From the NCBI GenBank assembly GCA_040954595.2, contig CM082591.2, forward strand, positions 11,053,309 to 11,117,308: a stretch of DNA of 64,000 bases. The letters are read 5' to 3'. Shown here in pieces: positions 1 to 14,330 of the stretch (the first letter of the stretch is position 1; the number at the start of each line of letters is the position of its first letter). Under the pieces are notes generated by a model. That model was not told the origin of the DNA. It made no database searches and worked only from the letters and a program-made list of their open reading frames with translations. The stretch is from Balanoglossus misakiensis. Lineage: Eukaryota; Animalia; Hemichordata. The position numbers and the translations under genes are program-made.

Positions 1-3000
1 AGGGGTATCTAAATATGACTCGGGATAGCAAGAAACAAAACAAAGCGGCGATGCTAAAGTCACATGAAAAGTTGTAGCGGATTGGTCAATTTCTGGTTTA
101 TAGTGTTATGTTGGCCAAAACCTCGGATAAAAATCGTGAGGCCAGCTCGTAGACAGTACAGTTGGTCGATTAATGCAGTCGGGTCCCCTGCCTCGTATGG
201 TGTGAGATTCCCTCCAAATCTCAAATAATTCGATTATATTGCTTTTTGCTATTACATATTATAATTAGAATAAGAATATTATAATTATAATTACATTTTT
301 AGTGAACAAGGAATTTAGTGTTGAACTTCAAATATTTACTGCAATTTTGTTTGTACGACGGGGTTTTCTTTGTAATCGTTCCCCATGTGTGTCTATATTT
401 GTGGAATAAATACTGGCTGCATACTGGAAATATTGAGTGCTGTACGTTCCCTGGCCCGGAAGTGACGTGTGAATATGAGCGACCTCCATTGGAGAGAACC
501 CCTGGTCACATTCTATACGATTGATCAGGCGAGCTTCCATACCTGGAGGGTTAAATAAAAGAATTGTGCAAAATTAATTATATGTCGGAATAACACATAC
601 ATCATGGTGATAAAAGACGATAGTCACTCTGAAATGTTTCGTAGCATAATCAAGAACTTAAAACAAACTGCAATTATACGGACCCGCAAAATTTCCTGAC
701 GGACCAATCACCCATAACCTACTTGGAGGTGGTGAAACCACGACGCATTGAACTTAAAAAGAGAAAAACCCGCAGATTGAAGCATGACATATGGGTTCAA
801 ATTAGCTTTTTTCAAAGCGGTCTTTATCAGTCTCATGGTGGCAAGGGATGTGTCCGGATCGTTCAGTCACTTGTATTTGTCGCAATTCAGTTGTGGGCAC
901 AGATGCAATATTTAACGAAATTTATCTCAAAATGGAGCGCGGTGACCATGCGATTTTATTTGACTCAGCTATACGTAAAATTTCGTGAAAATGGCAATAG
1001 TAGAAGTTTGATTTTTAGAAATTACCAATGCAATCCTATGGAAAGAGACACATGCGCACTGTTTACCAATGTGCGCGCAGATTTACATTTTGACACCTCG
1101 GGCGTATTATGAATAACCATTCAGCACACGGTTATCTGGGACAGTGTCTGTGATGAGGCACAAGCACTTGTTTTTGAGCACCCCTTCTCAAACCGTAAAA
1201 TGCAAAGACTAAGTTTCTCTGCTATATCAGAGAGATTTACGAAGGGGGTATTTTAAAATGTATTAAAAATTTCAATTGCCAACTTCGACATAATGCGGCT
1301 CTCTAATAGGCCTATAAGAACAATGAAGATAACTGAAGCGAGCAACTTGAGTAGGCAGGCCTGTGGCAAATGTTAACATCCTTTAGAACCTCATGATACT
1401 ATGAAAGCAAACCTTTTTGCATGGTCTTGTATAACCTAAGGTCAAAGTGGAATAATACAAACTGTGAGACCTTCTTATTTGCCGGAGCGGATTATATTTA
1501 TACTATTCAATTACCCAAGAAATAGCTATATTTTGTATTATGAGTCATTCTGCCCAATACACGGTAGTCTCAATTGAAACGTGATACGCTGGGAAATGTT
1601 CTTTTGAAGATAGTGAATAGTGTTTCATCGGTTCCCACTAAGATACTCTTACCTGAACAAATGTACGTTTTACACAATTCTAAACTAAATGTGTGTTGCT
1701 TGGCTACGTTTGGATACCCAAAGTAATTTTCTTTCTGTGTACAAGGTGGTATGACCGTCGGTGACAGACAAAAACACATAATAGCCCTCAAAACCTTCCA
1801 AGTCCTTGCAATATTAAAATGCGCTGCGTGGCATTTTGAAAACAAAGAAAAAAACTAGATTCACTTGTTTGATATCACCAGACTTGTCGACGTCACCCCA
1901 AGTGTGAGACGCTCCTCGAAAGTGAAGCACTGTTATAGAAAGGAATGGGACGAAACTGAAGTTATTTCGCTTACGAGATGAAAAACAGTAAATTAGCACC
2001 ATTTAGTGATGAGGTAAGAGGAAAGGGCGATTATGGACTTGAAACGTAGAATTGTAGTCGCATACCATCTGCATAACTGGGAGGTATTCGACATCGAAAA
2101 CATAAATCAGTCATCGGCTTTGGGACGACGTCTACCCGATGGTATCTCCAAACATGAGAACATGTTTGTAAGAAATGTGCAGTATCAATGAAGCAACTTC
2201 AAACGGTCAGTAAAAAGGCCACGTAATATCTAGCAGGGGATGTGTGCATTTTGAGATGTTTTCGTGACTTTTGTTTGGTATGAAAAGCTGTTCATGTTGT
2301 TTGACTACTTGAAGCATACTGAAATACTCGTAAACCATACCCAATCTCTGCATCGTATATAAGACAAGAGTGAACATTCGGTGAAACAATTTATGGTCTC
2401 TTACCCAGTTGTTCAATGTTGAGACAACGTTTGTCTATATACAGTGTTGTATAATGTTTAGACCACAATGGGCTTGTGATAAGACCTCAGAGTGTGGATT
2501 CCTTTCATGTTATAGCTGTCACGTTCATGTCTTGTTCCCAGTGTTCAGAGAGACCTTGCTTACAAATATGTCATATCAAATGAACGTGGAATGTGATGAA
2601 CTTATCGACGAATTGTTTGCCGTGCTTTACGATGAAATGCCAAATATGACAAAATATGCGCTGTTCTGATTACATGGTTTTCAAAAATAGGGTAGGTGGG
2701 AAGGGAATTTTTTTTATTTTGGATTTTTTTATCTTTGGCCGTGACTCTTGCGTGATTCGCGCAAGTTTCATAATTTTGTATATTTGACACCTTTATTCTT
2801 ACTTTCGGTTTACGAAGCTCTAAATGTTTAGGGTCGGCGGGCAAAATTTAGGGTAGGTCGGGCAATCGGAACAGCACATATTTTTTTATTTGGCCTAATA
2901 CAAAGTACCAAAACATATTGCTTTCAATTTTGTACTTTGTAACAATTACACTGTACTCCGATTTTAAATAAAAAATCTTGCTAGAAAGTGTCGTATGAGA

Positions 3001-3868
3001 CCCATACCAACAGCTGCACACCAGATGACGACCGCCTTTTCAGCCAAGATTTGCCGGGCATGACGTCGATTTGTCCAATTTCGGGCGACACAAACACATA
3101 TAAGGAAATTTGCTTTCACTATGCCCAGTTTTCGCCCTGTTCACGAGGTATCATCAGGTCCAACTGAAGAAAAATATGTACCTGTATTGTATTTACTTCT
3201 GTAATCACAGATAGATATCAAGACATGCCTGAAACGGTAGATTGTCATCGGAGTCATGCTTACCACAGGGTTGATACTCGCTGGTTTTGGTGCTGGGGTT
3301 GGACTATTTGCTGGTATGTAATTTGTCACCCATCTCAATTACGGTTAGATGAGATCCATTGGATTTCCCGGGGATAGATGGTGGATTGTTTTTAAAAAAA
3401 GAATTGTTGGCTGCTACGCCTTCAAGAAGAAAATGTGGACTTGTAATCGAACAAAATGCCGTTATAGTGGCTGAAAAAATGCTGACATACCCAAAATCGT
3501 CCACCCCAGAAATCAAAAAGTTCTCTCCTTAGACCAAACCATCGTTACAGCGCTGGCCATTTGAGTTTGGAGTTCCACTGTTCGAAAGAGACTGATAATT
3601 TGATAGTGTTCACCTTGTTGCACCAGCACATACCCATCAAAGGATGTATCGATTGCCGCACGTTCTTTGATCACACGAATTATAAAACATAGTATATTCA
3701 GAACTTTCCATCTTGAAGTAGATGTAATCTTTGGCGTTCAGGTGTACGATTGATTGGCTTTATAGTGTTTCGAAGTCTCGGTCAATAACGCCACATGACA
3801 ACGTTGGTTTTCAGTTATTAAGTTGGCCGTCCTGTAACATCCAAGAATAGTGTAGAAGTCTTAGAGAC
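1..3868 (+). repeat. Left arm of a giant inverted duplication/foldback; probably continues upstream of the window
   Basis: Reverse complement of 4269-7773. Mirror-image ORF pairs include 3304..3516/4621..4833, 2207..2416/5360..5569 and 318..524/7250..7456. Position 1 aggggtatctaaa pairs with tttagatacccct at 7761-7773. Confidence 0.95.
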
Positions 3869-4268
3869 GGCATTTTGTTCGATTACATGTTGACAGTAAA
3901 TGGGGTTTCAGTGGTTCAATGAGTTTCAAGAACTTACCGGCCGCGTCCAGAATCTAGATTGCAGTGTCAACTAGTGCTCGACGATGTTGACATCAGTTGT
4001 TTAATTCGTCTAGCATGATGTAGCAAAATTTCGATGTCTTAATTTCTTCAATCGTTTCACTCTCGAGAACCAATGCCAGAATTCATGTACCTACCATTTC
4101 CTAAATCGACTTGTCGCCGCAGTACTTCGCAATACTCACGTGTTGATCATATTTTACAGATAGACCCAGTTCAGTTTCGTCAGTAGTACAGACTCAAAGT
4201 TCATGGTTTGTGGAATTGTTCGCTTGGCTTAAAAGTACAGGACTTTGAAAGCCGGCGAGACCGCGCCT

Positions 4269-7200
4269 GTCTCTAAGACTTCTACACTATTCTTGGATGT
4301 TACAGGACGGCCAACTTAATAACTGAAAACCAACGTTGTCATGTGGCGTTATTGACCGAGACTTCGAAACACTATAAAGCCAATCAATCGTACACCTGAA
4401 CGCCAAAGATTACATCTACTTCAAGATGGAAAGTTCTGAATATACTATGTTTTACAATTCGTGTGATCAAAGAACGTGCGGCAATCGATACATCCTTTGA
4501 TGGGTATGTGCTGGTGCAACAAGGTGAACACTATCAAATTATCAGTCTCTTTCGAACAGTGGAACTCCAAACTCAAATGGCCAGCGCTGTAACGATGGTT
4601 TGGTCTAAGGAGAGAACTTTTTGATTTCTGGGGTGGACGATTTTGGGTATGTCAGCATTTTTTCAGCCACTATAACGGCATTTTGTTCGATTACAAGTCC
4701 ACATTTTCTTCTTGAAGGCGTAGCAGCCAACAATTCTTTTTTTAAAAACAATCCACCATCTATCCCCGGGAAATCCAATGGATCTCATCTAACCGTAATT
4801 GAGATGGGTGACAAATTACATACCAGCAAATAGTCCAACCCCAGCACCAAAACCAGCGAGTATCAACCCTGTGGTAAGCATGACTCCGATGACAATCTAC
4901 CGTTTCAGGCATGTCTTGATATCTATCTGTGATTACAGAAGTAAATACAATACAGGTACATATTTTTCTTCAGTTGGACCCGATGATACCTCGTGAACAG
5001 GGCGAAAACTGGGCATAGTGAAAGCAAATTTCCTTATATGTGTTTGTGTCGCCCGAAATTGGACAAATCGACGTCATGCCCGGCAAATCTTGGCTGAAAA
5101 GGCGGTCGTCATCTGGTGTGCAGCTGTTGGTATGGGCATTTCATCGTAAAGCACGGCAAACAATTCGTCGATAAGTTCATCACATTCCAAGTTCATTTGA
5201 TATGACATATTTGTAAGCAAGGTCTCTCTGAACACTGGGAACAAGACATGAACGTGACAGCTATAACATGAAAGGAATCCACACTCTGAGGTCTTATCAC
5301 AAGCCCATTGTGGTCTAAACATTATACAACACTGTATATAGACAAAAGTTGTCTCAACATTGAACAACTGGGTAAGAGACCATAAATTGTTTCACCGAAT
5401 GTTCACTCTTGTCTTATATACGATGCAGAGATTGGGTATGGTTTACGAGTATTTCAGTATGCTTCAAGTAGTCAAACAACATGAACAGCTTTTCATACCA
5501 AACAAAAGTCACGAAAACATCTCAAAATGCACACATCCCCTGCTAGATATTACGTGGCCTTTTTACTGACCGTTTGAAGTTGCTTCATTGATACTGCACA
5601 TTTCTTACAAACATGTTCTCATGTTTGGAGATACCATCGGGTAGACGTCGTCCCAAAGCCGATGACTGATTTATGTTTTCGATGTCGAATACCTCCCAGT
5701 TATGCAGATGGTATGCGACTACAATTCTACGTTTCAAGTCCATAATCGCCCTTTCCTCTTACCTCATCACTAAATGGTGCTAATTTACTGTTTTTCATCT
5801 CGTAAGCGAAATAACTTCAGTTTCGTCCCATTCCTTTCTATAACAGTGTTTCACTTTCGAGGAGCGTCTCACACTTGGGGTGACGTCGACAAGTCTGGTG
5901 ATATCAAACAAGTGAATCTAGTTTTTTTCTTTGTTTTCAAAATGCCACGCAGCGCATTTTAATATTGCAAGGACTTGGAAGGTTTTGAGGGCTATTATGT
6001 GTTTTTGTCTGTCACCGACGGTCATACCACCTTGTACACAGAAAGAAAATTACTTTGGGTATCCAAACGTAGCCAAGCAACACACATTTAGTTTAGAATT
6101 GTGTAAAACGTACATTTGTTCAGGTAAGAGTATCTTAGTGGGAACCGATGAAACACTATTCACTATCTTAAAAAGAACATTTCCCAGCGTATCACGTTTC
6201 AATTGAGACTACCCTGTATTGGGCAGAATGACTCATAATACAAAATATAGCTATTTCTTGGGTAATTGAATAGTATAAATATAATCCGCTCCGGCAAATA
6301 AGAAGGTCTCACAGTTTGTATTATTCCACTTTGACCTTAGGTTATACAAGACCATGCAAAAAGGGTTGCTTTCATAGTATCATGAGGTTCTAAAGGATGT
6401 TAACATTTGCCACAGGCCTGCCTACTCAAGTTGCTCGCTTCAGTTATCTTCATTGTTCTTATAGGCCTATTAGAGAGCCGCATTATGTCGAAGTTGGCAA
6501 TTGAAATTTTTAATACATTTTAAAATACCCCCTTCGTAAATCTCTCTGATATAGCAGAGAAACTTAGGCTTTGCATTTTACGGTTTGAGAAGGGTGCTCA
6601 AAAACAAGTGCTTGTGCCTCATCACAGACACTGTCCCAGATAACCGTGTGCTGAATGGTTATTCATAATACGCCCGAGGTGTCAAAATGTAAATCTGCGC
6701 GCACATTGGTAAACAGTGCGCATGTGTCTCTTTCCATAGGATTGCATTGGTAATTTCTAAAAATCAAACTTCTACTATTGCCATTTTCACGAAATTTTAC
6801 GTATAGCTGAGTCAAATAAAATCGCATGGTCACCGCGCTCCATTTTGAGATAAATTTCGTTAAATATTGCATCTGTGCCCACAACTGAATTGCGACAAAT
6901 ACAAGTGACTGAACGATCCGGACACATCCCTTGCCACCATGAGACTGATAAAGACCGCTTTGAAAAAGCTAATTTGAACCCATATGTCATGCTTCAATCT
7001 GCGGGTTTTTCTCTTTTTAAGTTCAATGCGTCGTGGTTTCACCACCTCCAAGTAGGTTATGGGTGATTGGTCCGTCAGGAAATTTTGCGGGTCCGTATAA
7101 TTGCAGTTTGTTTTAAGTTCTTGATTATGCTACGAAACATTTCAGAGTGACTATCGTCTTTTATTACCATGATGTATGTGTTATTCCGACATACAATTAA

Positions 7201-7773
7201 TTTTGCACAATTCTTTTATTTAACCCTCCAGGTATGGAAGCTCACCTGATCAATCGTATAGAATGTGACCAGGGGTTCTCTCCAATGGAGGTCGCTCATA
7301 TTCACACGTCACTTCCGGGCCAGGGAACGTACAGCACTCAATATTTCCAGTATGCAGCCAGTATTTATTCCACAAATATAGACACACATGGGGAACGATT
7401 ACAAAGAAAACCCCGTCGTACAAACAAAATTGCAGTAAATATTTGAAGTTCAACACTAAATTCCTTGTTCACGAAAAATGTAATTATAATTATAATATTC
7501 TAATTCTAATTATAATATGTAATAGCAAAAAGCAATATAATCGAATTATTTGAGATTTGGAGGGAATCTCACACCATACGAGGCAGGGGACCCGACTGCA
7601 TTAATCGACCAACTGTACTGTCTACGAGCTGGCCTCACGATTTTTATCCGAGGTTTTGGCCAACATAACACTATAAACCAGAAATTGACCAATCCGCTAC
7701 AACTTTTCATGTGACTTTAGCATCGCCGCTTTGTTTTGTTTCTTGCTATCCTGAGTCATATTTAGATACCCCT
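4269..7773 (-). repeat. Right arm of the giant inverted duplication
   Basis: Near-identical reverse complement of 1-3868 with scattered SNPs and 1-bp indels. It lacks 361 bp (2642-3002) of the left arm. A 400-bp non-palindromic spacer lies at 3869-4268. Confidence 0.95.
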
Positions 7774-8284
7774 CTGTGATTGGTCGGCTTGAGCTGGCAC
7801 TCGGCAAATCGTCGTTTTTTTTCGTAAAATCGTATTCGGGACACACATCCGGGCATGCATCATGGACGTCTATTTTCTTGCTGGATAATTTGGGATAACG
7901 TTGGTTGCCAAAACTGGACTCGTGTGAGTACATTTATATACATAAAGCTTATTTTCTGACCCGGCGGTACACGGTCACATTAAACTCTCATTCCAAAAAT
8001 CCTCTATCAACTTCCCTCGGCCATGTCGGCGCGGTGGTTACTTGTTTACATTCGACCACATCGTCGACTCATGGACAACACACCTTGTATAGCAGAACTA
8101 GGTGCGCTTGTTATGTCTGAAAGTTTCATGTGCCGTGCCGTTGTGCTTGTGGAATAAAATACCCATTTATATTTAATTTTTGGATAACCATTTGCTATTG
8201 AGAGGGGGGAAGTTGTGACGATTTTTTTCTCAAGCGTTACTTCGAACACAGTATTTTTGCATGGTTTCCGTTGGTGCATCTTTC

Positions 8285-8411
8285 AGCTGCAGTTCCAGTA
8301 GCTGTAGGCTGAGTTTTGCCTGTTGGGAGTTTTGCTTTACTTGTTAGAGGTTTTGCCATCCACTAGTAACACAAACCAACAGGCAAAACCTAGAGCTACT
8401 GAACTGCAGCT
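8285..8411. repeat. Small imperfect palindrome, MITE-like
   Basis: agctgcagttccagtagct...ttttgcctgttgg pairs with ccaacaggcaaaa...agctactgaactgcagct. Confidence 0.6.
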
Positions 8412-9879
8412 ACTCTATACATCCATACATACAGACACTTAGCTCACATAAGACCAATTTAAAATGAACACCACATATAAGTATTCCAATAGACACAAGC
8501 ATAATCTCAATTTCTTGAACTATTTACTTTGCTATAAATTATACAAAACCGACAAAATTCTTAGGAAAGTGCAAATTTGTTTTCAGCATTTTTGTTCTGT
8601 ATACCAACTACAATTTTTTGTTCTTCTCCTCATACTTATAGTACCCCAACATACCCAGGTTTCTGCTTTGCAAAATGTTTATGTGTACCTACTAGTGCAG
8701 GCTGGGCTGTTAATGGGATTTTGTTTAAATCAAGTTGTCATTGCCCAAAATATGCAAATGACCCGGAAAAATGTGAAAATAGTCAAAACTCCGTAACTCA
8801 AGTACTACTAGTCAGATTTCTTTGAAAATTGGTGTGTATGTACTTTATTGAGACTTTGTTTTATTTTAGGTCCCATTTGGCATATGTATACTGGTACATG
8901 TATTATACCAGTAGGACCTTATGGAGTAAAACTTTTCTGCTAAATTTGAGTCTTCTCACTTTGTACACTTCTAGCCGATGAATCTGGTTCAAAATGGCTG
9001 CTGGTTCAGATTGTACCTATGGCCAGATGTAAATAATGTCTGAGCATAAAGGGCAAAAACTTGGTTCACAGCATATGTCAAGCCATGTGTGATCATCATT
9101 ATGAATTACTTATTGATTTGGAGTACGTACTTTATGGATTTTGACATGAAAAAAGAGAGACTTTGTCCCTTTAACCCTAACGCTAATGGGTGTCATACCT
9201 GACTGTTTAGGATGTCAAGTCCATTAAAATATGTATGTGCCATTTTTTCTTCCTTAACCTATGCTGAACGTTTTGGCATGGTTCACATACATATCATAAT
9301 GTAATTAGACAACCTTTGCAGTTTAAACCCCTGTAAAATGCACCAAGCCGTATTGGTTTGGACTGGTTTGGCTTTGAGGGTATTGTTTAGGTTCTACTGA
9401 GTAACACACACTTGGTAGCCAAACGAGCCTGTGTTCCAGGATTCTAGGCATCCTGCTGGAAATCAAACCACTTTCAACCAACTTGGCAGCATAAAGGTTA
9501 ATGTTCTCTTAGGCAGACCATATGCTTCTTCACATAAACAAAACAGTCATTCACAAAGAACACAGCTATGCAGACAAGAAAAATTTAAGGGAACAGTGGA
9601 GCAAATAGAGAGGTGTGCAAGGTGTAAATCTTAAGAGGACACTTGGAAATTTTATTTGGGGTGGGCCACCCTCTTAAATGTTCCTGTGGAGAACACTGTA
9701 CATTGACAATAACTTGCCGCCACCAAGCATTCTGTAGAAAAGTACACATTGTGGTTACAATTTGAGATTTATTCTTGATGCTTTCATGTATTTTATCCAC
9801 ATAGAAATGAAGCAATGTAACAGAGTGAATTGAAGGCTGAACCTGAAACAGATGCGCTTGACATTAAAAAGGTGAAGAC

Positions 9880-10430
9880 TGCAACCTGGAATATATTAGT
9901 GACCATCAAAACTGTGGACCTGGAATAGACAAGTTACCATCAAAACTGTGGATCTGGAATAAACAATTGACCATCAAAACTGTTGATCTGGAATAAACAA
10001 GTGACCATAAAAACTGTGGATCTGGAATAGACAATTGACCATAAAACTGTGGATCTGGAATAGACAATTGACCATAAAACCTGGATCTGGAATAGACAAT
10101 TGACCATCAAAACTGTGGATCTGGAATAGACAAGTGACCATAAAAAATGTGGAACTGGAATAGACAAGTGACCATCATAACTGTGGACCTAGAATAGACA
10201 ATTGACCATCAAAACTGTGGATCTGGAATAGACAAGTTACCATAAAATCTGTGGATCTGGAATAGACAATTGACCATCAAATCTGTGGAACTGTAATAGA
10301 CAATTGACCATCAAACCTTTGGACCTGGAATAGACAAGTGACCATCAAAACTGTGGACCTGGAATAGACAATTGACCATCAAGCCTTGGGACCTGGAATA
10401 GACAAGTGACCATCCAACCTGTGGACATGG
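9880..10430. repeat. 34-bp minisatellite, about 16 copies
   Basis: Unit gaccatcaaaactgtggatctggaatagacaatt starts at 9901, 9935, 9969 and onward. Confidence 0.92.
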
Positions 10431-11402
10431 ACGAGTGGGCATGAAACAGGGGAAGTATTTTTCTATTATTGCTCTACCATTTTATATTTGTATAGTAATT
10501 AAGCAAAAAATAGTGTAGGTTAAGATTTTCTTATGCATAAGGAAACCTCATAACAGTGGTCCCCTGATTAAGTGTTAGTAAGTAATAATGGTAATCTGAC
10601 TTGGAGCATTATAAAAGGAATAAAAACAGTAGGGGGGGGGGACTGGGTTATTCATGATGGTAGCTGCTGAATGTCTGAATATTCTGCAAACATAATATTT
10701 TTAGAAATTATATTTCATCCAAATTGAATGCTGTATAGCCAATTATTGGTCAGACACAATTGTATTGAGAAAAAAGTTAGAAATAACCAAAATTACAAGT
10801 TTAAAACCCTGAGATGTGTAGGTCTTTCTAATGATTCTAGTGCACTGCATCTAATAGTACACAAATGAAAAATAAGAAATTTTACAAATAGTTATTAATG
10901 CAAGAAATAAATTAGGCTTAAACAAAGTGAGTGCAATAAATAAACAAACACAATGAATTTCTGTGTCATAAATTGTGCTTTATCATGGTGTAAAGCATTG
11001 TCCTCCCGTTGTCTAATTAAAATTTGATCAATTGCATTGTGTAACTTGTCTTAAATTAAAATAAATAAACCGACTGGGATAACCTCTTATAAAGAGTATA
11101 GTCTTGCTTAAACATATCTGGTCCGTTTATTTTTATACTTTTGTGCTGCTGAGTGGTACACTGACACACATCCTCGAAAATATGCCAGAAAACTTTTGTA
11201 TAAAATACCAATTTTGTTGTTCGCATAACATCTAAGCCACTTGTAAATGACAATGCCTAAGTTATTGTCCACATGTAAACGAGAGTAAATGTACTCCATA
11301 TGTAATTTAACTTTTGTAATCATGTAGGTAATTACTGTGTGTGCACCACAGTAAATATGTAGTCTAATCTTTGCAACCCAGTATACCGGTCACTGCTGGG
11401 GA

Positions 11403-13117
11403 ATGACAATTATAATAATTATGATGATGGCGATGGTGATGATAATTACACGAATGATGATTATAATGATGATGATAGTGGATAATGATTATAGTAATGA
11501 TAGTGTTGGTGGTGATAATGGTGATGATGGTGTTAATGATGATAATGATGACTTTGGTTTTAATTACAATGATGATAATGATGATGATAATAATAACTGA
11601 TTATAACAATGGTGATAATAATGTTAGTAATAATGATGGTGTTGATGGTGGTGGTGATAATGATGACTTTTGTTATAATAACAGTGATGATAGTAATAAT
11701 AATGATGGTAGTGCTGCTGATGATGATGATGATGATGATGATAACTTGTTTTAATTATGGTGATGATAATAATAGTAATAATGATGGTATTGATGATGGT
11801 GTTAGTGATAATGATAATAATGATGACATTGGTTTTAATAAAGCTGACGATGATGATTTTAATTATCATAGGGATAATGACAATAAAGATAATGGTAATA
11901 ATGATGATGATGGTGGTGATAATGATGACTTTGGTTATAAAAAAGTGATTATGATGGTAATGATTTTGGTTATAACAACAGTGATAATCATACCTAATAG
12001 TGATGATGGTGATGGTAACTAGTTATTATAATGGTGATAATGGTGATGTTATAATAAGGATGATGATGGTGGTGATGAAGGTGATAATACTGATGGTAAT
12101 GATGAAAATGATGATAGTGGTGATAATGACTTAATTGTTAATTATGGTGATGATGATGATGATTATAATTACAGTGGTTATAATGACAATAATGATGATG
12201 GTAATGGGGATGATAATTATGATGATGTTGTGATAATGATACTTATGAATTGGTAAAAAAAACAGTGATGATGATTATAATATTGATGGTAGTGAGGATG
12301 GTGGTGATGGTGATGATAATGAATACTATTTATAATTACAGTGTTAATGATGATGTTAGTGATGATGGTGGTAATGATGATGATAATAATGATAACTGCT
12401 TATAAAACCTGTGATGATAATGATAATATGATGATAGTGATAATGATGGTGGTGGTCGTGATAACGATGACTTTGGTTTTAATTACAGTGATTATCATGA
12501 TGATTACAAGTATAGTGGGGATGATCATGTAATAATGATGATGACAATAATGATGGTAATGATGAAAATGATGATAGTGGTGATAATGACTTAATTGTTA
12601 ATTATGGTGATGATGATGATGATGATTATATTTACAGTGGTTATAATGACAATAATGATGATGGTAATGGGGATGATAATTATGATGATGTTGTGATAAT
12701 GATACTTATGAATTGGTAAAAAAACAGTGATGATGATTTTAATATTGATGATAGTGATCATGGTGGTGATGGTGATGGTGATGATGATAAAGAATATTAT
12801 TTATAATTACAGTGTAAATTATGATGGTAGTGATGCTGGTGGTAATGATGATGATAATAATAATAGCTGCGTATAAAAAATGATAATGATAATATGATGA
12901 TGGTGATAATGATGGTGGTGGTGGTGGTGATAATGATGACTTTGGTTTTAATTACAGTGATCATAATGATGATAACAATCATAGTGGTGATGGTGATGAC
13001 TATAATAATGATGGTAATTATGATAATAATGATGGCGGTGATAATGATTATAATGACTTTGGCTTTAATTACAGTGATCATAATGATGATAAATATAGTG
13101 ATGATGATGACGACGAC

Positions 13118-13157
<40 letters not shown>

Positions 13158-13560
13158 GTGGTGATGACAATAATGATGATAGTAATTATGATAATAATGA
13201 TGGTGGTGATAATGATGACTGCTTGTAATAACTTTGATGATAATGATAATATGCTGATGGTTGTAATGATGGTGGTGGTGATAATGATGTCTTTGGTTAT
13301 AATAACGGTGATAATGATGATGGTGATGATGATGATGATGATGATGATGATAATGATGGTGATAATAATGATGTTGGTGGTGGTGGTGGTGATAATGATG
13401 ACTTTGGTTTTAATTACAGTAATCATAATGATGATAACAATCATAGTGATGATGGTGATGAATATAATAATGATGGTAATTATGATAATAATGATGGCGG
13501 TGATAATGATTATAATGACTTTGGCTTTAATTACAGCGATCATAATGATGATAAAAATAG

Positions 13561-13604
<44 letters not shown>

Positions 13605-14177
13605 GTGATAATGACAATAATGATGATGGTAATGGTAATGATAATTATTATGTGGTAATAATGATGATACCTATAACTTTGGTAATAAAAACAGTGATGA
13701 TGATTATAATATTGATGGTAGTGATGATGGTGGTGATGATGATGATGATAATGAATACTATTTAAACTAACAGTAATGATGATCGTAGTAGTGATGATGG
13801 TGTTGGTGATGATGATGATGATAATGATAACTGCTTATAATAACTGTGATGATAATGATAATATGGTGATGGTGATAATGATGGTGGTGAAAATGATGAC
13901 TTTGGTTATAATTACAGTGATGATGGTGATGACAATAATGATGATAGTAATTATGATAATAATGATGGTGGTGATAATGATGGTGGTGAAAATGATGACT
14001 TTGGTTATAATTACAGTGATGATGGTGATGACAATAATGATGATAGTAATTATGATAATAATGATGGTGGTGATAATGATGACTGCTTATTATAACTTTG
14101 ATGATAATGATAATATGCTGATGGTGGTAATGATGGTGGTGGTGATAATGATGACTTTGGTTATAATAACGGTGATA

Positions 14178-14211
<34 letters not shown>

Positions 14212-14330
14212 CTTTTTAAAATACTGGTGATGATGGTGATAATGATGGTGGTGGTGGTGGTGATCATTATAATAATGACTTTGGTTGTAATTATGGTGAT
14301 GATAATGATGGTAGTGATGATTATAATGAT
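11403..14330. repeat. Degenerate (GAT/AAT/GGT)n trinucleotide low-complexity tract with internal block duplications
   Basis: Runs of gatgatgat, gataat and ggtgat with the recurring motif gactttggtt(a/t)taattacagtgat. ORFs here are poly-M/I/D/H artefacts. Confidence 0.92.

Noticed and set aside
3241-3321. Transmembrane-like peptide IVIGVMLTTGLILAGFGAGVGLFAGM in the palindrome arm
   Set aside because: It is bounded by stop codons with no recognisable family or clear exon structure. It could be a pseudogene relic but I cannot support that.
11403-14267. Poly-Met/Ile/Asp/His ORFs up to 254 aa
   Set aside because: These are translations of a trinucleotide low-complexity tract.
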